Source: Isurus oxyrinchus
Lineage: Eukaryota
Assembly: GCA_026770705.1 (NCBI GenBank)
Contig: JANJGN010000121.1
Coordinates: 682,001 to 746,000 of the forward strand
Length of the DNA: 64,000 nucleotides
Direction: 5' to 3'
Position numbers and translations under genes: made by a program. The notes below the pieces were generated by a model that ran no database searches, was not told the origin of the DNA, and saw only the letters and a program-made list of their open reading frames with translations. Below are positions 50,949-63,659 of the stretch, in pieces (the first letter of the stretch is position 1; each line of letters starts with the position of its first letter).

Positions 50949-51317
50949 TTGGACTGTCACAAGAGTGGAAAGGTGACACTCCACGAGAGGTGACAGCGCA
51001 GGAAGGTTCGTGTGTACAGATTCCATGTCATTACAGTTATCCAGCACATTTGGAAAATCAACCACGAGGTGGAGTCTGGTTTAATAATGAGAAACAGATT
51101 CCCTGGGCTCCCATAGCCTTTCACTCCAAGGATCACAGTCGCGAGTTACCACGGTTCCGCCATCGGACCCGGCTGTCTGGAGACCTGAAAGATGGCGACT
51201 GTTCCCTGATTATAAACAACATCAGACGGGAAGATGCAGGACCTTATTTTTTCAGAATAGAATTTGACAATGGTCCGGGCCATAACTATTACCCTGTAAC
51301 CCAGCTTCATGTTTCTG
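50949..51317 (+). CDS. Unit E Siglec-type V-set exon (9 aa different from unit B V1)
   Basis: 369-bp open frame, canonical splice sites, YFFRIE. Confidence 0.9.
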
Positions 51318-52175
51318 GTAAGTGCTGTGTTATAATTACTCAACAATTCACATTCAACACTCAATGGGAATTAACACAAACTGTGATGTTTACATATTAA
51401 CACAAAACACAGCTTGTTTTAACACATTGTCTGATTCTCAGTAACCTGGTGATGGCTTCCAGTTTAGTCCTAAAGCAACATCTAATACTCACTTTAATAT
51501 CAATGATGAAAAGCATTAACTGTATTATCAGGTTATCCACTCCCATCAATCTCTCCTGTCCTGTTTAAAAGGCTGACGTATCGATAAAAGAAAGATGTGC
51601 ATTTCTGCTGCGCAATTTACCACCTCAGGAGGATCCAAATCCCTTCACAGCCAATGAAATTATTCCTGAATTGTAGTCACAGATGTTAAACACAGCAGGC
51701 AGTTTGTGCACAGCAAGATCCAACAAACACAATGTAATAAATCACCCAGATCACTGAGGAAATGAGAAGCCAGTGAACTCAAACCTCTGGTCTGATGAAG
51801 AGTCATACGGACTCAAAACGTTAACCCTGTCTTCCTCTCCACTGATACTGTCAGACCTGCTGAGTCTTTCGAGCAATTTTTGTTTTTGTTTCAGATTTCC
51901 AGCATCCACAGTATTCTGCTTTTAACTCCAATCTCTGGTCTGAGCCTCTTCTCTCATCCAGTGTTCTCAATTTACATGTCTCGGAGTGAACGTGTATTAA
52001 GCTGAGAGACAGAAACACTACTGCCAAAGAGCAAGAAAATCTTTCCTGATCATTGTAACCTCTCAGTTCTGATATCATCCTTGTAAAAGTGCTTTCTCTT
52101 GTGGGACTGTGATTTCTATTTGAACTGATGCTTCACGTTATATTTCTCTAAAAGGATCCATTCTCTGTCTGTTAG

Positions 52176-52472
52176 ATTTCACAGATAAACCCACGATATT
52201 CCCTGCTGAAATTATTGCAGGAAAGCGTGTGGATGTAAGCTGCACCTTCAACACAACGTGCAATGGAACAGCAGCACCTGTCTTAACCTGGGACACTCCC
52301 ACTGACGTACCTGGATCAGTCTCAAACACTGTAACTCAGCATGGTGTCACTCTGTCCTATACTTCTGTTCTGACCCTGATCCCATCACTCAAACACCACG
52401 GACACACTCTCAGCTGCAGAGTGAGATATCCATCTGTTTCATCGGAGCGGACCCTCGTACTAACTGTGCAAG
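52176..52472 (+). CDS. Unit E first C2-set exon
   Basis: 297-bp open frame, gttag / G|gtaatt. Confidence 0.88.
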
Positions 52473-52796
52473 GTAATTACATACACCTTTCATTCTACAT
52501 CAGCACTCCCTCAGCGCAGACCCTCTGACAGTGCAGCCCGTTCTCAGTATCCACATTCTAAGGCCTCTCTAAGTGCTTCAAAGTCGATAGAAGTTAATTG
52601 ATCTTTATATGATTATTGCTGAATGAAGAGACAAGCTGTCTAAACTTTACATCTCGCACACACCATTCTCCATGGCAACACCTCCACCTATCAGAGACCA
52701 CTTGCCAACCAATCAGCACTCTCTTCCCATTAAGTATAAATTGTTGTTCACTTTCTGTTGGTAATCCTGTGAACGGGCTTCTTGATTCCTGCCATG

Positions 52797-52948
52797 ACAT
52801 CTGAATGTCCAAATGAACAGAACAAGTTCCAACAATGAGCTGTGGTTGGTGATTCCTCACATTACCTCCAGGGACACTGGAGACTATCAGTGTGTGGCAG
52901 AGAATGAACATGGAGCAGTGGATGGGTTCATAACCATCACTGTGGAAC
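52797..52948 (+). pseudogene. Unit E truncated second C2 exon (3' half only)
   Basis: Same lesion as 28089-28240. Confidence 0.85.
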
Positions 52949-55397
52949 GTGAGTTACACAGACTTCAACATCTCTCTCAGATTCGAACACTACACAAACA
53001 CCATCGAACATACACACCTAAATAGACACGTGCAGACACACATATATGACCACACACAAAGACACACTCACACACAAACACTAACACTCACTCCCTCATG
53101 GGTTACCTGACCTCCCTCACTACTGCACTGGAGAGTTAGCCTGAATTCTGGGATTTGTGTTCCCATTCATATTTATGGAAGAATATGGAAATTACTATTA
53201 CAGACACTCAGATGCTTAGAGGCACTCATAGATACTCTCTGCTTCTCCAACTCTCTCTCTCCCTTTAAGAAGCTTCCTGAAACCTAACCCTTTGACGAAT
53301 CACCAACCCAACTCCTCCTTATCTGATTCTGTGTGATTTTCTTTGTGTATCTGAGAGTAAGAGAGAGTTGGAGAGGTTTAGGAAGAGAATTCCTGCTGGT
53401 GAAAAGCTTACATAATGTTCTCACTATTTCCGTGCACATAATTCCCAGTATGTCCAAAGCCCCTGTTTATAATGATGACTGCCTATGTAAACGTCACGCT
53501 GTAGTTACAGCCTCTCACCAGTGGTGGCATTGTAGCCCTTAATCCTTGTGTTTCCCAGCTTTCCCAGCAACTCTACTTCCCAGTTTGCTACACAAGCTGT
53601 GAGTTCTTCGGAATTCAATTGTTTCTCAAACGGTGGATTTGATGTCATTTTATTGAAAACTTCCTCAGTGCCTCCCTGAAGGGTTTACACTCTCTGGGAA
53701 GCAGGAATAGGCTGGATGTTGGGGAGTTCATCTTTTCCCAGAGAGTAGGGATCCTCGGGAATGTGCTGTCAGTGGGTGTGGTGGTTGCTGTCTCTCTGTC
53801 ACCTTCAAGAGGGATCTGGAGTGGTTACTGACTGGGGGAGAGATCATGGAAACGGAGAATGGTACAGCACAGGAGGAGGCCATTCAGCCCATTGAGCCTG
53901 TGCCAGGTCTTTCAATGTTCTATCCCATCAGATCCACTAACCACCACTACACTTTGCCCCCATCTTCCTCCTTCAAGTGTTTATCCAATTTCCCTTTTGA
54001 AAGTTCTTATTGGATCTGCTTCCACCGCCCTTTCAGGCAGCACCTTCCAGATCACAACAACTCGCTCTGTCAAAACAAATTCCCCATCCAGTTCGTCAAT
54101 CTGTGTCCCTCTGGTTACCGACCCTCATGCCCCTTAAATACATCGATACTGTTCACCTCAACCACTCCCTGTGGGAGCGAGTTCCACATTCTCCCCTCTC
54201 TCTGGGTAAAGATTGGAACTGTTTAGTAAGCGGGGGGTGTAAGTCCGTGGGGGAGTCCATCTCAATCCTGCCCGATTGAGCCAGTGAGCCAGTGTACAAA
54301 CTCACACCAAGTCCCATTCACCCATCACCCCTGTGCTTACTGATACACACTGACCTCCTGTCTGACAGCAGAATTGGAGGAGAGCAGAGATCTCAGAGGT
54401 TTTTAGGGTTGGAGGAGGTTACAGTGATAGAGAGTGTAGAGGGGGGATGGTGTGGTAAGAAATCAATGATGAGAATTTGAAATTTGAGTCATTGCTGGAC
54501 TGAGAGTTAGTGTAGGTCAGCCAGTGACAGGGCAGCGATCGGCTGAATAGAAAATCAGGGATAAAAACTGGGGGATGAAGTCTATCCTGATGTGAGGTCT
54601 CCGATAGCAATGACCTGAAATTTGTGTCCTTTGCTGCCTTTATTCAAAATTGCCCATGAAGACAACACAGCAGCTCCTAGAATAGACAGGCTGTTCAGTG
54701 TCACACTTCCTGTCCATTCTCACCATGCTAGATACTTCAATAAGGGAGCAAGATAACTGACAGAGACAAGGGAGGCAAAGCTGTCTGTGTGTAGAACTGT
54801 CAAATATTCTGAGTTATCATGATTGTCTCTGACCTGCTGCAGAGTTCAAATTTCACAGAACATTAGCACTTTGCAGCTCAGAGAGAGACCATTGACTCAC
54901 TGTCTGAAAGGGCGGTGGAAGCAGATTCAACAGGAACTTTCAGAAGGGGAACTGGATAAATACTTGAAGGTGACATTTTGCAGGGCTGTGGAGGAGAGAG
55001 CAGAGGTGAGAGTGGGACTAATTGGACAGATCTTTCAAAGGCCCAGCACAGGCTCGATGGGCCAAATGGCTTCCTTTTGTTCCCGATCATTCTACAATCT
55101 GATAAATTAAGACCCACATCAATAACTCTTAAGGCTCCAGCTGCAGGGATGGATCTTTGAGAAGGACAGGGAACAAGAGGTTTCTGGTATCATTTTCAAT
55201 TTTATTGACAATTACATAACAGTATAGATTTGTTGAATATTTGAGTGTCTAAAGAGTAGAGGTAATCTGCACTTACGCCCAGATCTTGTGTTGGTAACCT
55301 TGTCTGGAGGTGTCTTTAAATGCTCACAGTGATCTGTGGGATTGTCATTCTTGGATGTTGTCCCTGGTTTCAATTGGCATTTTACCCTTGATGCAAT

Positions 55398-58200
55398 TGG
55401 GGAGGCTTTAAACTAACATGGCAGGGGATGGGATCCAGAGAGGAGGTTCAGCAGAGGGAGATGCACAGCCAAAATTAGAAGAGAGAGCAAGTGAACCTGG
55501 AAGGCAGAGAAATTATTGGCCAGTTAAGGCACAAGATAGCGTGGCAAAGTTGGATTATATTTACTTTAATGCAAGGAGTCTGACGAATAAAGCAGATGAG
55601 TTGAGGGCACAAATAACACATGGATGTATGATGTCATTGCTATCACAGACATGGATTAGAGAGGGGCAGGATTGGCCGCTCAATATTACAGGATACAGGG
55701 TCTTCTGGCAAGACAGGGAAGGAGGTAAAAGAGGAGGGGGTATTGCAAGATTGATCAAGGAATCAGTTATTGCAGTGAGGAGGGAAGACACCTTAGGGGG
55801 CTCCTCAAATGAAGCCATATGGGTAGAACCTAAAAACAAATAAGGAACAATCAGCTTGCTGGGAGTGTTCTACAGGCCCAATGACACTCAGAGAAATAGA
55901 AGTGCAGATACAAAGGCAAAATTCAGAGAAGTATAAAAATAATCGGGTTGTAATGGTGGGGCTTTTCACCTTCCCCAACAATAACTGGGTTAGTCATAGT
56001 GTGATAGTTTTAGAGGGGGCAGAATTGTTAAAATGCATCCAGGAGAGATTTTTAAGCCAGTACATAGAAAATCCTACAAGAGAGGGGTCGGTCCTGGAGT
56101 AAATTTTAAGGAATGTAACCAGGCAAGTTGTAGACGTATCAGTGGGGGAGCATTGTGCAGATAGTGATCATCATTCCATTAGATTCTAGGTTGTTATGGA
56201 AAAGAACAAGGATGGGCCAGAAATCTGAGTTCTCAATTGGTGGAAGGCTGATTTTAATAAGATCAAATATGATTTGGCCAGAGTGGAACTGGGAGCAGCT
56301 ACCTTTAGGGAAATCTGCGTCAGAGCAATGGGACTCATTCAGGAAGGAAGTGGGGAGAGTACAGGGCCAACATATTCCAGTAAAGGCAAAGGGTGGGACC
56401 AACAAATCCAGGGAATCCTGGATGTCGAGAGATTTACAGGATTGGATAAAGAGAAAAAGGGAGGCTTATGGCAGATACCAAAGGCTCAAAACAGTGGAAG
56501 CCTTAGAAGAGTATAGAATGTGTAGGGGGGACCTTAAAAAGAAAATTAGTAGAGCAAAAAGGGGCCATGAAGAAACATTAGCAGGAAAAATGAAGGAAAA
56601 TCCAAAGTTATTTTACAAGTACATTAAGAGTAAGAGGATAACTAGGGAAAGAGTAAGGCCCATTAAGGACCATATTGGTAGTTTGTGTGTGGAACCGGAA
56701 GATGTAGGTAGGGTTCTAAATGAACACTTTGTGTCAGTGTTCACAAGTGAGAGGGGCAATGTGGGTTTGGAAATCAGGCAGAAGGACTGTGATATAGTTA
56801 AAGAAATTAGAATAGAAAGGAACGAGGTTCTAAGTTGTCTGGCAGTCTCAAACGTAGATATATCTGCAGGCCCGGATGAAATGTATCTCAGGCTGTTGAG
56901 TGAGGCAAAGGAGGAGATAGCAGGGGTGCTGGCAATAATTTTCAATACATCTCTGGCCAGAGGAGAGGTACCAGAGGACTGGAGGACAGCCAATGTGGTA
57001 GCGTTATTCAAGAAGGGAGGAAGGGATAAACCAGGGAACAACAGGTCAGTCAGTCTAACCTCAGTGGTGGGGAAACTATTGAAAGCAATTCTGAGGGACA
57101 GAATTAATCTACACTTGGAGAGGCAGGGATTAATCAAGGACAGTCAGCATGGTTTTGTTAAAGGGAGGTCATGTCTGACCAGTTTGATTGAATTTTTTGA
57201 AGAGGTGACCAATTGTGTAGATGAGGGCAATGAATTTGACATAGTCAACTTGGACATCAGCAAGGCTTTTGATAAGGTCCAGCATGGGAGACTGTAAACG
57301 AAAGTAAGAGCACATGGGATCCAAGGGAATTTGGCAAATTGGATCCAGAATTGGCTGAGTGCCAGGAAGTAGAGGGTGATGGTCGACGGGTGTTTTTGTG
57401 ACTGGATGCCTGTGTCCAGTGGGGTTCCACAGGGATCGGTGTTGGGTCCCTTGCTGTTTGTGGTATATATAAACGGTCTAAACTTGAATGTAGGAAGGTT
57501 GATCAGTGACTTCGCGGATGATATGGAAATTGATGGGGTGGTAAATAATGAAGAGGATAGCCTTAGATTACAGGGGGATATAGACGGGCTGGTCAGATGG
57601 GCTGATCAGTGCCAAATGGAATTTAACCTGGATAAGTGTGAGGTGATGCACTTGGGCAGGATAAACAAGGCACAGGAATAGACAATGAATGGTAGGACCC
57701 TGGAAAGTAACAAGGATCAGAGGGACCTTGGTGTGCATGTCCACCGTTCCCTTAAAGTAGTGGGACAGGTGGATAAGGTGGTTAAGAAGGCATATGGAAT
57801 ACTTGCCTTTATTAGCCGAGAGATAGAATATAAGAGCAGGGAGGTTATGCTGGAACTGTATAGAACACTGGTTAGGCCACAGCTAGAATATTGCGTGCAG
57901 TTCTGGAACCCACATTATAGGAAGGATGTGATTGCCCTAGAGAGGGTGCAGAGGAGATTTACCAGGATGTTGCATAGATTGAATCTGGAACTCACTGCCT
58001 GAAAGGGTGGGAGAGGCAGAAACCCTCATAACATTTAAGAAGTATTTGGATGTGCACTTGTGATGCCATCGCATACAAGGCTTTGGGCCCAGTGCATTAA
58101 TGGGATTAGAATAATTAGGTACTTGTTTGACCGACGCAGATTCGATGGGCCAAAGGGCCTTTTACTGTGCTGTGGACCCCTGTGAATCTATGACTCTATG
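55398..58200 (+). mobile_element. Near full-length decayed CR1 ORF2 (APE endonuclease + RT) with 3' tail
   Basis: 'YFNARSL', 'YRVFWQDREGGKRGGGIA', 'SQHGFVKGRSCLT', 'SGVPQGSVLGPLLF', 'FADD'; multiple stops and frameshifts. Confidence 0.95.
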
Positions 58201-59149
58201 GGCTGAATTTCCTGCCTGTCGGGGGGGTGGGTCTGAATATTTAAATGGGGCAGGATGATGTCGGGGGTTCCTCCTGATGTCATCCCGCATCATCATAGTG
58301 TCGCTGAGCAGGCCCTGCCCCCTGCTCGCCAACGGGAAAATTCAGCCCGATGACTCCATGCAACAGGACTGTACGGTGATTGAGGAGCGGGAATGGATCT
58401 GATTTCTCCTTGGTTAGGCCTCACCGCTGATCCTTTGTGTGTAATAACTCCATAGGACCCTGGTTCTGAACAGAAACCTTGGAGATGAAGTTCCGTCCTT
58501 TCACTGAGGATACCCTCCATTGTGTTGTGTGGCACTACCACCATGCTGGATGAGCAGGTTATTGTTGAGTCAATGCCTCTTAATGTCCATTACACCTTTG
58601 TCACTTTGCTTATGATGAAGAGTAAATTAATAAGGTGGTGATTGGCCAGGTTGGAATTGTCCCGCTGGATTGGACATATCCCTGGGCAGTTTTTCACATT
58701 GCAGGTTCAGCAGGCCCTCCCTTCGATGCGCTGTAAAGGACATTGTCCAAGAGCAGGCACAGTGGAGTGCTGAGAGTCACAGTCAAAATGTTGTAGGTGA
58801 TCTCAAATCCTTGTAAGCACTCGGCCAGCCAACAGCCTGAGATGGACACACATGTGGACAGTACTGACACCTGCCAATGGGCCCCTCATTTTCTTACCTT
58901 GACAGGCTGTCCCCACTATTTCCCACTGCCAAGTTGTCGAAGAATATCGGATCACAAAGATTCCAGTATGATGCCCTGCCTGCCTTTAAAAATGACTCCC
59001 CGGGAGATGCCTTGCTCATCCCAATAAGGTCAAGTTGAATCAGGAGATCCTTCAATGATGCTTCCTCAGTATATGTAGTGTAGAAGCTTTCACCGTTCCC
59101 TCTTGCAGCTGCTGGCATTTGTGTTGTGCTAAATGGACTAGATCAATTG

Positions 59150-62100
59150 ACAGACTTGCATTGTCCAGCAGGTGTAATGTTGGAGCTCCTTTGAAACTGC
59201 CAATATTGTTGAAACTTTCTGCATATTTCAATGTTATGTCATGAATTGAGGTGATGGGGTAGTATGTGAAACTGGGACAAACATAAATCCATTGGCTTTT
59301 GGCCAGACTGGATAATCCTGGCAGTGGGTGGGGCCAGAAAATCCCACCCCTATGGGACATTTTCAGTTTATTTGATGTGCTGAGAGAGATCATTAAGGAC
59401 AACAATCCACAATTTATTGGCAAGCCACGTCAGGATATGTGTGAGAGGTGGAATATCGATCACCGCTCCTCGTCTCACCGTGCACATCATCGCCATTTCC
59501 TGGTTTGTCTGTCACCACATGTATATGTTCCTGATGGGATAGGGGATGGTCATTCTTATTGCTTGAAGGTTCCCCGTTGTGCAGGGTTTGATTGGATCAG
59601 CGCACGGCTCTTTGTAGCTGCATCAGCCTTTGCTCTCGTGCCCTGCCGCTGTCAATGGCCCTTTCTGCCACAAGCCTTGCAGGATTGGTGGAAAGCTGAG
59701 CATTTCCTTGGTGCCTGCAGAAGGCCACACCTTCCACACGTCTCACTAGGTTTGGATGTTCTAGTGAGTGTGTCAACAATTGATGTTGTACTGAGGACCT
59801 GTAAGCTTCGTTGACCTGCGAGGATTACTTCGTATTTATGTCCATCCTTGAGTAGCTCTTCAATGCTATAGGTTTTGGACTTATCTAGCAGATCTTTCTG
59901 GAAGGCTTCCATGGGAGTGGATGCGATCACCAACTCAACAACTCTGTCTGCAGGCTCTGTGTTTGAAATCACAGTGCGTACCCTTTTCTCTACATTGGCT
60001 GACAAAGTGGTCTATGGATTGTGTAGGCTGATGAAATGACATAAACTCTAGTTGATGAATATGGAGTTTCACCTGATTCTGAACCTGTCTTCCAATATCG
60101 TCCATATCTATTGGGGATCCTTTCACTCTTCTGCTGTTAATCCTGACGTGTTCAGCCTGTGTAGACCTTCATTCCCAATCACGAGGTGAATTTTTATGGG
60201 TGGCTCGTCTGGTTCAGTCACACCTGAATCAGGAAACCAGAGCTCTGTACGCTGTTTAAACATTCTGAATTCAGATAGTCGGTCAGCTACATCCCAGTTC
60301 AAACTGGGGAATTTCGTGGACATTCTGACAATATTCCTTTGACCTGCCTTCTCCTACAGGACCTGGGATGAGTGTCGCTTTAGCCCCTTTTGTGTGCTTT
60401 TCCGAAGCTCCGCCCACGAAGACGGGTTGTGGCAGGAACACACCACGGAGTAATGGAGTCTTTGTTTTTTATTCAATTTGCTGTTCAGCAATCTCGAAGC
60501 CGCCCGTTATAATCACTAACTTCTCTGGGCTGATTTTTATAATGGTTTTTGTGTGTTTGACTCTCCCTCGCTCACTATCGATCCAGCCCACACCCTGGTC
60601 ACTCGCCTTCCCTGACTGAGCTAACCCGCTGCTGGTCCTGGCGATACACACTGTCCCACTCACTGACCTACAGGCCGTGTGCTGTAATCTCACCACGAGG
60701 GATCCGTCTGCTCCCCAGCTCTTTACTTGAGCTCTTTCCCGTCACTGTGTCTTCAAAGGTTTCCTGAGCAGTCAGTACACTGCGATTTCAACCCTCTCTG
60801 ATGCTGTGTCTCTGTTGTGGTCTGACCAAAGTGTCGAGGGTCGTCTCATGTCATGTAGCTCGATCTCAGGCTGTTCACCACGTCATACCTGTACTGAATC
60901 TTGCTGCCAGAATGTTTGGCCACCGCTGATCACCATGTTGTGTTTTTATAATGATATAAAGGCACCAGCCCCTGATACGGAATTGGGTAAATACATTGTG
61001 GGTTCAGTTATTTAGAACAGGGACATGAGAACAGATATACAAGGATAGAAAGCTGGGAGACACCTGCAGCCAAACTGTGTGAGCTGTGTTCTGCTCACAG
61101 ACCAAAGTGAAACTTGGACTGGATGGTGTTATCATCCCAGCTGATGTTACTACTGGGCAAGTCAGATCCCAGGGTGGAACTCAGCTTGATAGGTCCTAAC
61201 TTTTATTTTTTATTTAGGAATGTGGAGTGAGGCTACTGAACAGAGTCACAGGAGTCATCTGATGAACTTCTAACAAAAGAATAAAACATTTATTAAACTA
61301 GGAAAGACAAATTATCTTACATTACTCCTTCACTCAGACCTATACCTTTGCAGATTCATAAGTAGAACACAAGTTACAATAGCTATCTTATACTCTCATG
61401 TTCACACTAAGTACACAGTCGATGTAAACCAATAGACGACCTGTGGTCAGGGACACCACATTCTGAAAGAAACTGACAGAACCCACTTGGAACAAATGCT
61501 ATGTCTCCCTCCTCATCTGACCCCAGACGCTTGTTACACTGTGAGCCAACCAGTCTCACTGAAAAGCTTCTTTCATATGAGGGTTTCCAATCTCCACTCT
61601 CCAAGAACTCACTTTGGAATCTTCTCCAACATGACACTTTCACTCAGACACCTTCCACAAGGCTCCACTTTCACTATTTCAAACTCTCCTTCCCATGTTC
61701 CTGTCCCCTGGATCGCCACGTGCATTCAGCCTTCCTTCCACGCCCTGTCTCTCCAATGCTCAGCCGTGTCAATGGAACACCATGGCTTCACATGGCCGTA
61801 GTAATGAGTCACCAACCTGTGGTGTCTCCTAGGATCTTCTGGCTTCTCACAAGCCTATTTTGCTTTAGGCCTGTGTCCTGCTGCTTTCTCCCTTTATGCT
61901 TGAAGCCTTCTTCTGCTCCTCACTCTTAACTTCACTTAACAGGGCCTTTTCCAGATTTGACTAGAAGGTTTTCTTGGGCCCTTTCTCCTGTTCCACTCGA
62001 TAGTTTTGGCTTCATCTTTACTTTGGGACTGACTATCTGTCCCAATCCTTTGCTGCGTCTCCTGGCAACTCCTTTCAACAGAACTGAAAGTACTTTTCTG

Positions 62101-62850
62101 TTTTTCTCGGTCTCTGTGTGTCCCTCCCTCTGGATCACTGTTGCTAGGCAACAGCACAGTTTCTTCTAACTTGTGTTTGTTTTGACTTCCCTTCAAGAGT
62201 TATAAAAACTCATTAGATAGGCGGCTTCTTCCAAAGTGAAACCAAAACTCAAGTTCCCCCTTTTCAAAACACCCAAATACAGAAATACAAACTAAACTTG
62301 AACTGAAAGATAGACCTTATGCCTAACGCACACAAATACACAGAGAACTTCCTTAAGCCAACCCCAGTTCTGAAAAATCACATGACGCACTTCCCCTCGA
62401 GTGATGTCATGCTGCTGTCCCTGAAAGGCATATTACAACAGTGTTATCACTTGGCAGGTGATGTGTGCCAGGCAGACCAAGTCCCTGAGAGAAAGGTGGT
62501 CACACGATCATAATGAATTTGCAATTTGTATTTATTATGAGATGTGTGCACTGAATTCAGAAGCAATAAGTCCACCAAGATCTTTAGAGATTTAAAAAAA
62601 TAAATTAAAATATTTGTCACAAAAATAAAAGATTTTAAGCACATACATAAGACTACAATGACAGCTATAATAACTCCAAAAATTCCTAATTAATCTGACT
62701 CCCAGTTACACTCCCTTTAAGGCAACAGACCAAAAATAGATTTTAGATTTAAAACAAACCCAGCAAGTTAACACAATGCCCTGGACAATGGAATTCCAAA
62801 TGGATTTTCCCCAACTTCAGTTCTGTTGGATAGCAGGCTTGTGCACAAAC
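59150..62850 (-). mobile_element. Gypsy-like gag remnant plus LTR-like elements; inverted paralog of 18160-21857
   Basis: Mirror ORFs, e.g. 60123-60323 versus 20686-20901. Confidence 0.65.
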
Positions 62851-63065
62851 AGGGTCCTGAGGACCATCAGCCAATGTAGAATGAACTTGTCCACTCCTGT
62901 TTCCAGGATTCTCTCCCATCCATTGTGATACCTTGGGGAGTTCCATGTGTGTCCTGTAGATGGTCCACACTGCAGCCACTGTGCCCCAGTGAAGGAGGGG
63001 GTGGATATCGAGTCTAGTGGATCGTCAAAACACACAGAGTTAAATATTAATATTTCTCTCCCCAG

Positions 63066-63443
63066 TTGGACTGTCACAAGAGTGGAAAGGCAACACTCCA
63101 CGAGAGGTGACAGCGCAGGAAGGTTCGTGTGTACAGATTCCATGTCATTACAGTTACTCATCACATTTGGTAAAGAAAACACATGTCGGAATCTGGTATA
63201 TGAGGAGGTACATACAGAACAAATGGTCTAAATGGTCTATAGCCTTTCACGCCAAGCATCACAATCGCGGGTTACCACGGTTCCACCATCGGACCCGGCT
63301 GTCTGGAGACGTGAAAGATGGCAACTGTTCCCTGATTATAAACAACATCAGACAGGAAGATGCAGGACCTTATTTTTTCAGGATAGAATTTGACATTGCT
63401 CCGAGCCATAACTATTACCCTGAAACCCAGCTTCACGTTTCTG
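63066..63443 (+). CDS. Unit F Siglec-type V-set exon (...WYMRRYIQNKWSKWS...GPYFFRIEF...), GC donor, no leader exon of its own
   Basis: cccag acceptor, 378-bp open frame, TCTG|gcaagt donor. Confidence 0.8.
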
Positions 63444-63659
63444 GCAAGTTCTGTGTTATAATTACTCACCAATTCACATCCAACACTCAATGGGAAATAA
63501 TAGTGTTTGATTTGCTTGTTTTTTGGCCGTGTTAACCAGCGTCACTATTTTTAATGATTTGTCTATTTCTGCTCCCAGATCCATGAGCTTATTGTGTGTG
63601 ATTGAATCCACATCATAGCTGTAACGTAAACCGAGCTGAGGGGTGATGACACCTCCCCC

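Noticed and set aside
56155-57297. 380-aa ORF as an active or domesticated reverse transcriptase
   Set aside because: It is a fragment of a CR1 ORF2 interrupted by stops and frameshifts on both sides, with altered conserved motifs (NNRSVSL for NYRPVSL).
15703-63443. V exons as rearranging Ig/TCR/NAR V segments
   Set aside because: Each V ends in a splice donor and includes its own G strand. I saw no heptamer-spacer-nonamer RSS or J segments at the V ends, and the Cys pattern is Siglec-type (B-E strands), not the canonical B-F YxC.
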